11,664 nt of DNA from a bacterium (GCA_037137535.1 JBAXKC010000057.1:1-11664); one strand, 5' to 3'. Positions 1-8,026 are shown, counted from the stretch's first letter. Program-made: numbers and translations. Notes: a model not told the origin generated them from the letters alone.

Positions 1-40
1 GGATTTTAATCGACTAATGAGCTTGAAATGGATTTAATAG

Positions 41-210
41 AATTGAACAGCCCTGTGAAGCCATCGACTTCCTTTTTATTTTTCGAAAATAAAAATAAAG
101 CAAAAACAAAAACTTTGTGGCCTCTTGGGCGCTACTGGATTCTTTTCTTACCCTTTGAGTTATTCTGCACAAAACTATTTTTGAGAAAAGAAGCAAATCG
201 CTTGTGGGTG
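41..210 (+). repeat. Dispersed structured repeat, copy 1 (full length; weaker similarity extends to ~23 and ~222)
   Basis: AATTGAACAGCCCTGTGAAGCCATCGACTTCCTTTTTATTTTTCGAAAATAAAAATAAAGCAAAAACAAAAACTTTGTGG...CGCTACTGGATTCTTTTCTTA...GCACAAAAC...TGAGAAAAGAAGCAAATCGCTTGTGGGTG aligns collinearly by eye with 7351-7519, 1414-1523 and the reverse complement of 11075-11226. Confidence 0.93.
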
Positions 211-304
211 CAGCTTCTTTGGCTTTTTCTTTTGCGAAAACTCTCTTTTCTAAAGTAATAATTAAAAATAAGTGGATTAGTAGGTATAAAATAAGGAGTG
301 AGCG

Positions 305-1389
305 ATGTTACAGGGTTTTTTCTTTGAGAAAAACTGGAAATAATTGAAATTAGGCTCATCTGATGTGGAATATTTTGCCGGTTATGTGCCTGAGCTTTGG
401 GATAAGTTTGATTCATTGAGATCCTTTTCTCTTGGTGCGAATCAGAGTCTTGCTAAGATTATTTATCCCCCACAGTAAGATAATAACGAGATTAAAATGC
501 CTCAAATGCACGAAATCGAGAGAGCTACAAGGCTTATCTTTGGAAAAGACTTTATTCATAAATAAATACAATGTTTGGTGTGCAGGGACGTTCTTTGAAT
601 GATCAGAAAATGCGGCTAAGCAAAAAGCTGCGTTGTCTGATATCTTCAGAAAGATTAACTTACCTTTGAAGATTGAAGAGGGGCTTGATAATTGGATTGA
701 TAAGGGCAAATTTATCGCTTTTGTCAGCTGGACTAAGAAACTTGGTCGTTTCAGAAAAAAAGCATTAGCCGAAAACATGGGCTTGTCATCTAATATTACG
801 ATTGATAAAAGGGGTAATAATCAAGATATACTCAATCATGAGGTAGGATATGGAAACTCTGCGTTTACAGCTAATAGCCTACAACGGCAGGATTCGTTTG
901 TCGTTGTGGATGAAGTGGTGTATGACGGCCTTGACGTTAAGATTGTTTCTCCTGAGGCTTTTGTGTTTGATCCATCAGGAAAGAATGAATTTTCTTCGTG
1001 TGCTAAAGTTTACAGATCTTGGGCGACCTTGCGACAACTCTCAAATAATGAGGTCTACACGAACCTTGATGGCCTTGAAACGCTTATACAAGAAAACAGC
1101 TCCTCTTCCGCAGAAAATAAAGCAGTAAACTGTAAAAATCTCGAAATTCAGAAGTTTTGAGGTGATTTACGAGATCTTCAGACAGGGGAATTATGATTAT
1201 ATAGTTAATGATGGCATTGCGGTATTTGAAAAACCTTCTAAAAGAAAACAAACGCTTGATATGATTTATCAATTTACTTCAAGACCTGAGATTGCACCCA
1301 AAATTAAGTGGGTTAAGCTTATGAAAAGGGCTTTTGATCAGATTGGTTCTGTTGAACCTTTTATATTTATAGCCTCTGTGCGGAGATAG
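305..1389 (+). pseudogene. Decayed phage portal (head-tail connector) gene of podovirus type, frameshifted and probably internally deleted
   Basis: SD AAGGAG at 293-298 and ATG at 305. Manual reading across frameshifts gives ...DVEYFAGYVPELWDKFDSLRS...EIKMPQMHE/RESYKAYLWKRLYS*INTMFGVQGRSLNDQ/NAAKQKAALSDIFRKI...GKFIAFVSW...VYDGLDVKIVSPEAFVFDP (ORF 633-1160), then a C-terminal-like fragment ORF 1162-1389 (IKWVKLMKRAFDQIG). The sequence resembles podoviral portals and lies first in a head module. Family call is by recalled similarity and synteny, not a search. Confidence 0.7.
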
Positions 1390-1413
1390 GTAAGGGGCTT
1401 AGTTGAGGTGTTT

Positions 1414-1523
1414 GCAAAAACAAAAACATAGCAGTTCTTGACCGCTACTGGCTTCTTTTCTTACTCTTTGAGCTTTTTTGCACAAAACAATTTTTTAGAA
1501 AAGAAGCAAACTGCTCGTGCGTG
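1414..1523 (+). repeat. Dispersed structured repeat, copy 2 (5'-truncated, lacks the A/T hairpin)
   Basis: GCAAAAACAAAAAC...TCTTGACCGCTACTGGCTTCTTTTCTTACTCTTTGAG...GCACAAAAC...AGAAAAGAAGCAAACTGCTCGTGCGTG matches the 3' two-thirds of copies 1 and 3. Perfect 11-bp inverted repeat at 1451-1461/1497-1507. Confidence 0.9.
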
Positions 1524-1559
1524 CTGTTTTTTTCTTTTCTAAAAAATTTTATGTTTGCA

Positions 1560-1794
1560 TAATACTGGATTTATTCACACTTTGTTTAATGCTGTTCGCT
1601 TGAGAGAGTTGAAAATTGAGGATAATTTCTGCCTTTGAGGGAGATATTTAAGGAAAAATATAAATAGTGTTTCTATCAATTCGCCTGTAAATTTATGGGC
1701 TTATTTGGCAGGCCTCAAAGAGGTTTTTAACTTTGTGTGAAGTGAAGTTGTCAAGATTAATTTTTATAAAGAGGATCTTAAGGGTTTTTTTTGA
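1560..1794 (+). pseudogene. Remnant of a small phage gene downstream of the portal (start approximate)
   Basis: One frame reads ...RLRELKIEDNFCL*GRYLRKNINSVSINSPVNLWAYLAGLKEVFNFV*SEVVKINFYKEDLKGFF*. Protein-like, two internal TGA, ending just before the next SD. Confidence 0.4.
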
Positions 1795-1821
1795 TAATAA
1801 AAATAATTAGGAGGTTTATTA

Positions 1822-2139
1822 ATGAGTTTAGGTTTTAGATTGCCGTCAGAGTTATATACAACAATAGTCAGGAAGGCTGATAAGCTGGAAAATATTGTTT
1901 CATAAGTTCTTGATGATTATATTACCGCAATATGCATTGATTATTGTAATGAGAATAATTTTATCGGCGATAAATCTACTGATTTTATCGGGAGAGTCAA
2001 GGGGTTTGTGTTGGGTTTGATATGTAAAAATAGGGTTAATAACCCAGTTGATAGTGGGGTTATTAATACCTTTGTGAGTGTCGTAAAGCCCCTGTATACG
2101 CCGAGCTTTGTTAATGAGTTACTTGACAGGCTCCTTTAG
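1822..2139 (+). pseudogene. Small hypothetical (phage module) gene, 105 codons, with one internal TAA
   Basis: Strong SD AGGAGG at 1809-1814 and ATG at 1822. MSLGFRLPSELYTTIVRKADKLENIVS*VLDDYITAICIDY...FVNELLDRLL, TAG at 2137-2139. A single in-frame TAA at 1903-1905 explains its absence from the ORF track. Confidence 0.65.
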
Positions 2140-2350
2140 CCATAAGATCGTTAAGGGTATATGCTTATGTTTAGTGAATAGATCAGCAAAACTTCACAGA
2201 AAAGATTAACTGCATAAAATTGTTTTATTGTGATATAAATTCTTTTGATATTATTTTCGATTTAATTATGACCACAAGTTTTTATTTATTAATTAAATAA
2301 TTTGCCTAGTTTAATTGTAGTATTTTTTTTATGTTGTAGTTTGTACACTC

Positions 2351-2379
2351 TTGATAAACTGACAAATTTGTGTTATATA
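2351..2379 (+). promoter_or_regulatory. Possible sigma70-type promoter for the 61-aa peptide gene
   Basis: TTGATA (2351-2356), 17 bp, TATATA (2374-2379) with TG at 2371-2372. The AT-rich context makes chance matches likely. Confidence 0.3.
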
Positions 2380-2430
2380 GATATGCATACATTAATTTAC
2401 TTCAAAAACAAATTAGAGGAGAGAATTTCC

Positions 2431-2616
2431 ATGGTTTCAATGAACAATGTTTCCCACGCTAATGTACAATTACAAGCGAAACAAGCACCAAATCATGCTC
2501 ACGCTATGTCACAGCCTTTAACAAATAACGTTGCTGCTCATAGCGCTTCCGTATCTCTTAATATCGCTAATGTTCACGCAGAGCATCTTGGAAATAAATT
2601 AAATAAACACGCATAA
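2431..2616 (+). CDS. Intact 61-aa His/Ala/Asn-rich small protein ending in HLGNKLNKHA
   Basis: SD GAGGAG at 2416-2421 and ATG at 2431, preferred over the upstream TTG at 2302. Uninterrupted frame, TAA-TAG double stop, followed by a strong terminator. Confidence 0.8.
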   Translation: MVSMNNVSHANVQLQAKQAPNHAHAMSQPLTNNVAAHSASVSLNIANVHAEHLGNKLNKHA

Positions 2617-2638
2617 TAGTAAAATTAAATAATAAAAT

Positions 2639-2676
2639 AAAATAGCCCTTCTTTTATTAAAAGAGGGGCTATTTTT
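2639..2676 (+). terminator. Rho-independent (likely bidirectional) terminator
   Basis: AAAATAGCCCTTCTTTT-ATT-AAAAGAGGGGCTATTTT(T): long stem with one G:U pair, A-tract before and T-tract after, about 22 nt downstream of the peptide stop. Confidence 0.85.
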
Positions 2677-2733
2677 ATGCAATTTTTTAATGAAATAGCT
2701 CGAATTTTGAGTGTAAAAAAGAAAGGAGCGGCA

Positions 2734-3384
2734 ATGGAAGAAGTTAATTTCTATATCGGGGATTTGCCTTTAAAATAAGGCTTTTTAGGGGGTAATAATC
2801 CCCCTTAATAATCAAGTTAATAACCTGCAAAATCATCAAGGCCATTCACAAAACATGTTAAAACTGTCATCTGAAAATGTAAGTAAAAATGATTCTAAAG
2901 AGCGTATGAAATTTTATTCTGAGATTGAAACTCAATTTGGCAAAGAAACAGCTTATAAGTGGTCAGAGAATGAGTTTAGAGGTAAATATTCCAAAATTAA
3001 GTTTAATAACGATAATTATTTAAAAGAAATTTTGACTAAGTATGAAAAATATCTTGCTGTACCAGAAATTGAAGTGGCTCTTTCTCAATATATCGGGAAA
3101 GATATTGATTTAAACAGCTGTTTAAAAGAACAGGGTTTAAGTAATGCATTTGTGCATCTTGTTAATATTTATATGAATGGATATAACTCTGTTCAAGGTG
3201 TGAAAATCAGAATGAAAATGCAAAATCACGAATGGTAAGTTCAATAATAAATTTACAGCTTGCCATTAGTAATTCACGTTCTTTTTCAAGGCCTGGTATT
3301 TAGAAAATAACTCAGGAAGAGTTTTCTCGCAATGAAAATGAAAAAGCTATTTTTAAGCAGATGTCAAAGTGTATCATTAAGTAA
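2734..3384 (+). pseudogene. Decayed capsid scaffolding-like protein gene
   Basis: SD AAGGAG at 2723-2728 and ATG at 2734 (MEEVNFYIGDLPLK*). Frameshift into ORF 2855-3238, then a further shift to ENAKSRMVSS...SRSFSRPGI*KITQEEFSRNENEKAIFKQMSKCIIK* (TAA 3382-3384). This C-terminus resembles the 'FTRxxIxKMSxxEF...EKAIxxQ...GxIK' tail of scaffold-like proteins, and the gene lies immediately upstream of the capsid gene. Confidence 0.6.
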
Positions 3385-3463
3385 TATATTGATTTGTTGT
3401 GCATTTGTATAACGCTCCATTATGGGGTGTTGTGAGTTTAAAAAATTTAGGAGGTTTATTTTT

Positions 3464-4293
3464 ATGGCTAATGATTATTCAAATTGAGGTGTGGAGTCAA
3501 AAGCTTTCTGCTCTCTTGGATAAGTAGGGAGTGATGATGCAATGTGTCAACAGGGATTATGAAGGCGACATTAAGAGTGTCGGTGATACTATCTATATAA
3601 AAAGGTTTGGCAATGTAAGCGTTAAAAGATATGATATAATCGTTATTTACGATAATCTTGACTCCCCGATGTCTGATTTATTGATTGATTAGAAAAAATA
3701 TTTTGCTTTTAAGGTTGATGATGTTTCAAAGTCGCAATCCAACATTAACATAATGGCAGGTTATATTGATAGGCCCAAAGTTGCTATTGATTTAGCTAAA
3801 GATAGTTTCTTGGTCGCTAAACATGCTGATGTTATTACTGCTAACACTATTGGGCTTGAAGTTATCCCAATAGCTTTATCAAAAGACAATATTTACTTTA
3901 ATTTTGCAGCTATTGCAAAGTCTTTAAAGAAAGCTAATACTGTATGCAATGGTCAAAAGCCTTGGATTGTCATCCTGATATTTATGTGGTTCTAATACAG
4001 GCTCGCGAGTTTATCAGAGCGACTGCTGATGGTGATAAGAGACTTAGAGAGGTTTCTATCACTCGTATTGAGGGCTTGACGTTCTTGTCTACACTAACCT
4101 TGAGCCTGTTGGCGGTAAGTTGTACGTTATGGGAGGAACTAAAAATGCAATTAGTTTTGCGTCACAAGTTGTTTAAGTAGAAAACATCAGGCTCCAAGAC
4201 AGCTTTGACACAGCTGTAAGGGAACTTTATCTTTATGGGGCTAAGTCAGGTGCATCCTATGCCTCAGTGAAGCTAATTTGTATGGTAAGCTAG
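3464..4293 (+). pseudogene. Decayed major capsid protein gene (P22-coat-like, HK97 fold)
   Basis: SD AGGAGG at 3449-3454 and ATG at 3464. Reconstruction: EVWSQKLSALLDK*GVMMQCVNRDYEGDIKSVGDTIYIKRFG...LLID*KKYFAFKVDDVSKSQSNINIM...KPWIVI/HPDIY...IEGL/DVLVYTNL...GTKNAISFASQVV*VENIRLQDSFDTAVRELYLYGAK. The motifs NRDYEGxIxxxGDT, F.VDDV and SFxxAVRxLxxYGAK are typical of this capsid group. In-frame stops at 3525, 3690 and 4174, plus frameshifts. Confidence 0.88.
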
Positions 4294-4311
4294 TTAATTT
4301 CTGCTCTATCT

Positions 4312-4341
4312 TTAAAGCCCTTGGGTAAACAAGGGCTTTAA
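4312..4341. terminator. Bidirectional terminator between the capsid gene and the convergent membrane-protein gene
   Basis: TTAAAGCCCTTG-GGTAAA-CAAGGGCTTTAA is a perfect 12-bp inverted repeat between stops at 4293 (+) and 4347 (-). Confidence 0.8.
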
Positions 4342-4346
4342 TTTAT

Positions 4347-4790
4347 TTAGTAGTTCATGAATAGCGGTTTTGGTTTTTCGGGGTCTTCTGTCAGCATGTA
4401 AATTAATGGAACGATTAGCCCTACAAATGGTATTGAGGCCATTAATGAGGCTTCAAACCTTGCTTGTCTTATTCTTTCCCGTTTTTCAGCTTCCTGTGTG
4501 TCTTCTGTTTTCTTTGGATCAATGAAAAGGTTAAGCATAGGAACTGCTACACCTAGGCAAAATGGAGGTATACAGGAAAGCGAAGCCGCAAGAATGCTTG
4601 AATATATCTTTTCTCGGTGGATAATTCTGTTAGTTTCAAGCTTATCTTCATTTTCAATGTCTATATCTTCGTTATTTAGCTCAATCGTATCGTTTTCTAG
4701 GTTTTTAAATCCTATTTTATTCATTTCTGTTTGTTTTAGCGGTTCATGTATTTGTTTTATTAAATTTATGTGAGAGTTATTTATAATCAT
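4347..4790 (-). CDS. Intact hypothetical membrane-associated protein (~147 aa) with two internal hydrophobic repeats
   Basis: Open frame 4347-4820; likely start is the ATG at 4790 (MIINNSH) behind AAAGG. Repeats ILAASLSCIPPFCLGVAVPMLNLFIDPKK and ASLMASIPFVGLIVPLIYMLTEDPEK follow an acidic/Asn-rich N-terminus. Confidence 0.75.
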   Translation of the reverse strand: MIINNSHINLIKQIHEPLKQTEMNKIGFKNLENDTIELNNEDIDIENEDKLETNRIIHREKIYSSILAASLSCIPPFCLGVAVPMLNLFIDPKKTEDTQEAEKRERIRQARFEASLMASIPFVGLIVPLIYMLTEDPEKPKPLFMNY

Positions 4791-4943
4791 AAAATTTGCC
4801 TTTATTTCTCTGTTCATCATGGTTATAACTCGAATATAAAAATTTTTACCTGCTCGAGAGGCTAGTCTTTTTATGATTATTTAACTATTTATTTCTACTC
4901 GAAAGAGGTATGAAAATTTATTATGTTTGTTTTAGAGGGTTTT

Positions 4944-5138
4944 ATGCGTAATGAAAAGGCTTTAGAGGATTAATTAATGGGGAAAAGTGTTTTTTATATT
5001 TAGAAAGAGCTTGAAGGTGAGATTGAGTAAGAAATACAGGAGGCAAGAAAGTTGGCTGAAAAGGCAGTTATTACCGATTTGAAGAAGGCAAAGTCTCATG
5101 AGCGATTTGATAAAAATATTATTTATAATGCTTTTTAA
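4944..5138 (+). pseudogene. Remnant of a small helical phage gene between capsid and adaptor (3' end uncertain)
   Basis: SD-like AGAGGG before ATG at 4944. A single frame reads MRNEKALED*LMGKSVFYI*KELEGEIE*EIQEARKLAEKAVITDLKKAKSHERFDKNIIYNAF*. Confidence 0.5.
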
Positions 5139-5239
5139 TCGAAAACATTATAAATAATATTTTTGTAAACGGTGACCAGGCTGAAAATATGCTAAAATGC
5201 ACTTAGGCTGTGTTATTAGGTTTTATCAAAGGGTGGTGG

Positions 5240-5917
5240 AGTAGTATTAACAGATATTTTAACCATTTTAAAAAGGGTTTACGTCCTTGCTCATTAGGAG
5301 TTACCGCTGTTCTTTGGGAATAATTCCGCACCGTATTTTGAAATTAAGCAACATATTAATAATATTATTTAGTAAATTTGTTCAAAGTTTCCATGGACGT
5401 TTAGAGAAAAGAAATATTCCCTTGTAACACAAGCGGGACTGGCTGATTATGAGTTGCCTGAGTATATAACTCTTGCAAATCTTGTGAAAACTATATCAAG
5501 CTTGAGGAAATGCTCCAATATCTTGAATTTATTTATCATGCTAAGCTAAGTAAGCTGTCTAATTCATCGGGAATGCATGCTAAATATTGTTTTTACTGCA
5601 ATAAATTAAGTTTGTATCCTGTTCTCGATAAGGCCTATACTATTAATATTAAGTATTTAACAGCTTATTTTGCTGTTAATTCATATGGGAGTGTAAATAA
5701 GTCTAATTTATAGTTTGACACAGATAAATGTATAATTCACCATAAATGGCTTCATGTTGTGGATTGGGGAGCTTATTGTCTTTATAGGCTCAATTTTAAG
5801 CCTGATTAGAAATATACTTTCGCTAAATCTAAATATGACAGCTATTTACAGGCTATGATTTTGTTAGATGGTTATTCTAAGGATTATACGCCTACTATGA
5901 GGTTTGGTAACAGTTGA
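5240..5917 (+). pseudogene. Decayed podoviral head-tail adaptor / tail tubular protein A-like gene (start approximate)
   Basis: Reconstruction: ...KQHINNII**ICSKFPWTFREKKYSLVTQAGLADYELPE.../GMHAKYCFYCNKLSLYPVLDKAYTINIKYL...*FDTDKCIIHHKWLHVVDWGAYCLYR...DGYSKDYTPTMRFGNS* (TGA 5915-5917). The W-x-F...T-x-x-G...Y-x-LP and LYPxxDxxYxIxIxY patterns and the position after the capsid gene fit adaptor proteins. Confidence 0.68.
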
Positions 5918-5934
5918 TATTCGTGGTGTGAGTT

Positions 5935-7330
5935 GTGATAATTTTAAATTATTTCAACAATACAGGCGGTTTAAATAAGGCTTCTTCAATGGCTTCAATG
6001 AATGAATCGGAAATTGCAACTGAATGGAGCGATTTACCAAAATGTAGAGGGTTATCAGACTGGCGGTATAATCAAAATGAAAGGGAATATGAACTTTTTA
6101 AAAAGCGTTCTGCCTTTTAATGCAAAGATTTTAGGTATATATGATTATGTTGTCGGTAATGTCAGCAAGCCGATATTCATAGCTTCAGGTGGAAAAATTT
6201 ATTCTTTTTCTGTTTCTTCGGGGTTATAACCTTCCTTTATATTGGAGTGTCAATGCAAGCCCTGTCCTGTTTTATGCAGTTTAATAACGGTGTGATAAAT
6301 TCTAACGGAATTGATAAGCCTTTGTTTTATGACGATGGGAATAGTATTGTTGAATTATCTGCTGATGCGCCTAAGGGTTGCTCTATTGAGATTTACAAAT
6401 ACGTGTTTTTATAAGAGATTGTTTTATTTTAAGGTATTCTGCATTTGTAAATCCTAAAGACTAGACTAATGCCGAAGATACGAGATATATTTCCAACATT
6501 TTCAATGATGCCAGCCCTATAATTGCTTTGAACTTTTATGGGGAGTATTTGGCAATTTACAAACGAAAAGCGACATATATGCTCGCAGGAGCTAAGCCTT
6601 CAGAGTATGTTAAACAGCCTGTTGCAGACAAAGGAACTGTCAGCCCTGAAGGAGTTATAACTATAGATAACAGTCAATATTTCTTTACGGTCGCAGGATT
6701 ACGCCTTTAAGGTTTAATAATATCGGGCAGATAAGGCTTACAGATGATATTAGTGCTAAAATCAAGCCCTGTTTTTAGCTTTTAGATTTACAGAATTTCA
6801 ATAATACGATATTTATTCATAATAAGAAAAAAAAATTAGATTTGGCTTTATATATTTACTACTAATAATGGGTTATTGGATGTTTGTTACGTTTATGAAT
6901 ATTATTTGAATGCTTGGTATTTGCGAAAACAGCAGCCTATTGTGTGTGTATGGCTTATCTATGGTGATATAGATACAGTCACTGCGGATGGGAAAATTTT
7001 AAAAGAAGATTACTTATATAATTTTTACGGTAGTCCTATTGAAGTCTTTTGGTTTAGTATCTGGTTTAGTTTTAGCAATGCTGGGAACTTAAATGAGTTA
7101 ACTGAGTTGGATATTTGGCTTTATTAAGAGCAAAAATATCCTCTTCAACTCTTTTATTCAAAAGATTACTCTGAAACTGCTATAAATCAGTCCATGATAG
7201 AAGTATATGGTGCTGATAACCTAGTCTAGGGTCTAACTCTATGGGCTTTATGCGTTTGGGCGGACGAAAAGCCTTTTAAAAAATTTAGCAACATTTAATT
7301 TCTCCGAGTTATTTTTTCCTCAGTAGAATT
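5935..7330 (+). pseudogene. Decayed nozzle / tail tubular protein B-like (beta-rich) gene; 3' end abuts repeat copy 3
   Basis: ORF fragments 5935-6120, 6002-6229, 6528-6710 and 6876-7127 join into one frameshifted protein: YFNNTGGLN...QNVE...GGIIKMKG...SNGIDKPLFYD...NPKD*...SPIIALNFYGEYLAIYK...DKGTVSPEGVITIDNSQYFF...DISAKIKP...IWLY...NAWY...TADGKILKED...FWFSIWFSF. The N-terminal GGLN motif and beta-propeller-like motifs fit podoviral nozzle/stabilisation proteins. Confidence 0.7.
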
Positions 7331-7350
7331 TTGACATGTTTTTACTTTTA

Positions 7351-7519
7351 AATTGAACAGCTCTGTGAAGGCATCGATTCCCTTTTTATTTTTTGAAAAA
7401 TAAAAAGTAAGCAAAAACAAAAACTTTATAAGCTCTTGACCGCTACTGGCTTCTTTTCTTACTCTTTGAGTGGTTCTGCACAAAATAATTATTGAGAAAA
7501 AAGCAACCGCTTGTGGGTG
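7351..7519 (+). repeat. Dispersed structured repeat, copy 3 (full length; weak similarity extends to ~7331)
   Basis: AATTGAACAGCTCTGTGAAGGCATCGATTCCCTTTTTATTTTTTGAAAAATAAAAAG...CTCTTGACCGCTACTGGCTTCTTTTCTTACTCTTTGAGT...CGCTTGTGGGTG is a near-collinear direct repeat of 41-210. Perfect 12-bp inverted repeat at 7382-7393/7396-7407. Confidence 0.93.
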
Positions 7520-7597
7520 GTGATTTTTGGGTAAAATTTTTGCTAAATATATTATTAGGGTTTAGAAAGTAATATCCTTTTATAAGGATTTAGGTAT

Positions 7598-7833
7598 ATA
7601 GAACAATATATGCTATATGCATCAATTAAAGTTGCTGTTTTTTCATTTTTTGCACAATACTGGATTTTTGTTAGGCCCGAACAGCTTGAGAAAAAACAAA
7701 GAGAAATTTTAGAAGATTCAGAAAAGAAATTTGCAACTTTAAATGCTGTAAATGATTTAAAATCGCAGTTTGGTGGAATAAGGGAAAAATTGACATAATT
7801 TATGAAATTCTAATTGAGAAAAGTCTTAAATAA
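7598..7833 (+). pseudogene. Small holin-like protein gene (N-terminal hydrophobic segment, charged coiled coil), likely frameshifted near the 3' end
   Basis: ORF 7610-7798 MLYASIKVAVFSFFAQYWIFVRPEQLEKKQREILED...; adding one base in the A-run near 7786-7790 continues it as EKIDIIYEILIEKSLK* (TAA 7831-7833). An in-frame ATA at 7598 behind AGG may be a mutated start. Holin function is inference. Confidence 0.5.
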
Positions 7834-7935
7834 TAATACTTAATATTATTTAATATTTGAATAGATTTTGTAAATTACTTTTCGGGTCTTTTTTTATTAA
7901 ATATAATAAATAACAAATAATAAAACTCTCTCACC

Positions 7936-7965
7936 GAGATGCTTAATTTTTAAGTATCTCTTTTT
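7936..7965 (+). terminator. Rho-independent terminator closing the + strand phage module
   Basis: GAGATGCTTAA-TTT-TTAAGTATCTC stem (one G:U) followed by TTTTT. Confidence 0.65.
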
Positions 7966-7978
7966 GTATTTAGACATA

Positions 7979-8011
7979 AAAAAAGGTTTTGTTTTAAACA
8001 AAACCTTTTTT
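7979..8011 (-). terminator. Terminator of the MCP gene (bidirectional)
   Basis: AAAAAAGGTTTTGTTT-T-AAACAAAACCTTTTTT is a 16-bp inverted repeat 15 nt downstream of the MCP stop. Confidence 0.8.
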
Positions 8012-8026
8012 ATTGATTTATAGAAT

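Noticed and set aside
14-258. ORFs 14..196 (-), 28..258 (+) and the related 7295..7483 (-) as a small protein family
   Set aside because: Their similarity comes from the nucleotide repeat. Frames, starts and stops are not conserved among copies and there are no SD sites.
132-1272. ORFs 132..416 (-), 413..778 (-), 850..1128 (+) and 1084..1272 (-)
   Set aside because: Antisense or off-frame shadows of the portal remnant and the repeat.
2302-2430. N-terminal extension of the 104-aa ORF 2302..2616
   Set aside because: TTG start without an SD, in AT-rich promoter-like DNA. A good SD precedes the ATG at 2431.
2766-2805. Tandem short hairpins GCCTT/AAGGC and AGGGGG/CCCCCT as a regulatory RNA
   Set aside because: Stems of only 5-6 bp inside a decayed coding region; compatible with chance.
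4498-4773. ORF 4498..4773 (+)
   Set aside because: Ser/Phe-rich antisense shadow of the minus-strand gene at 4347-4790.
305-7833. Alternative genetic code (stop-codon reassignment) as the reason for fragmented phage ORFs
   Set aside because: Interruptions include TAA, TAG and TGA as well as many frameshifts, so no single reassignment restores the frames.
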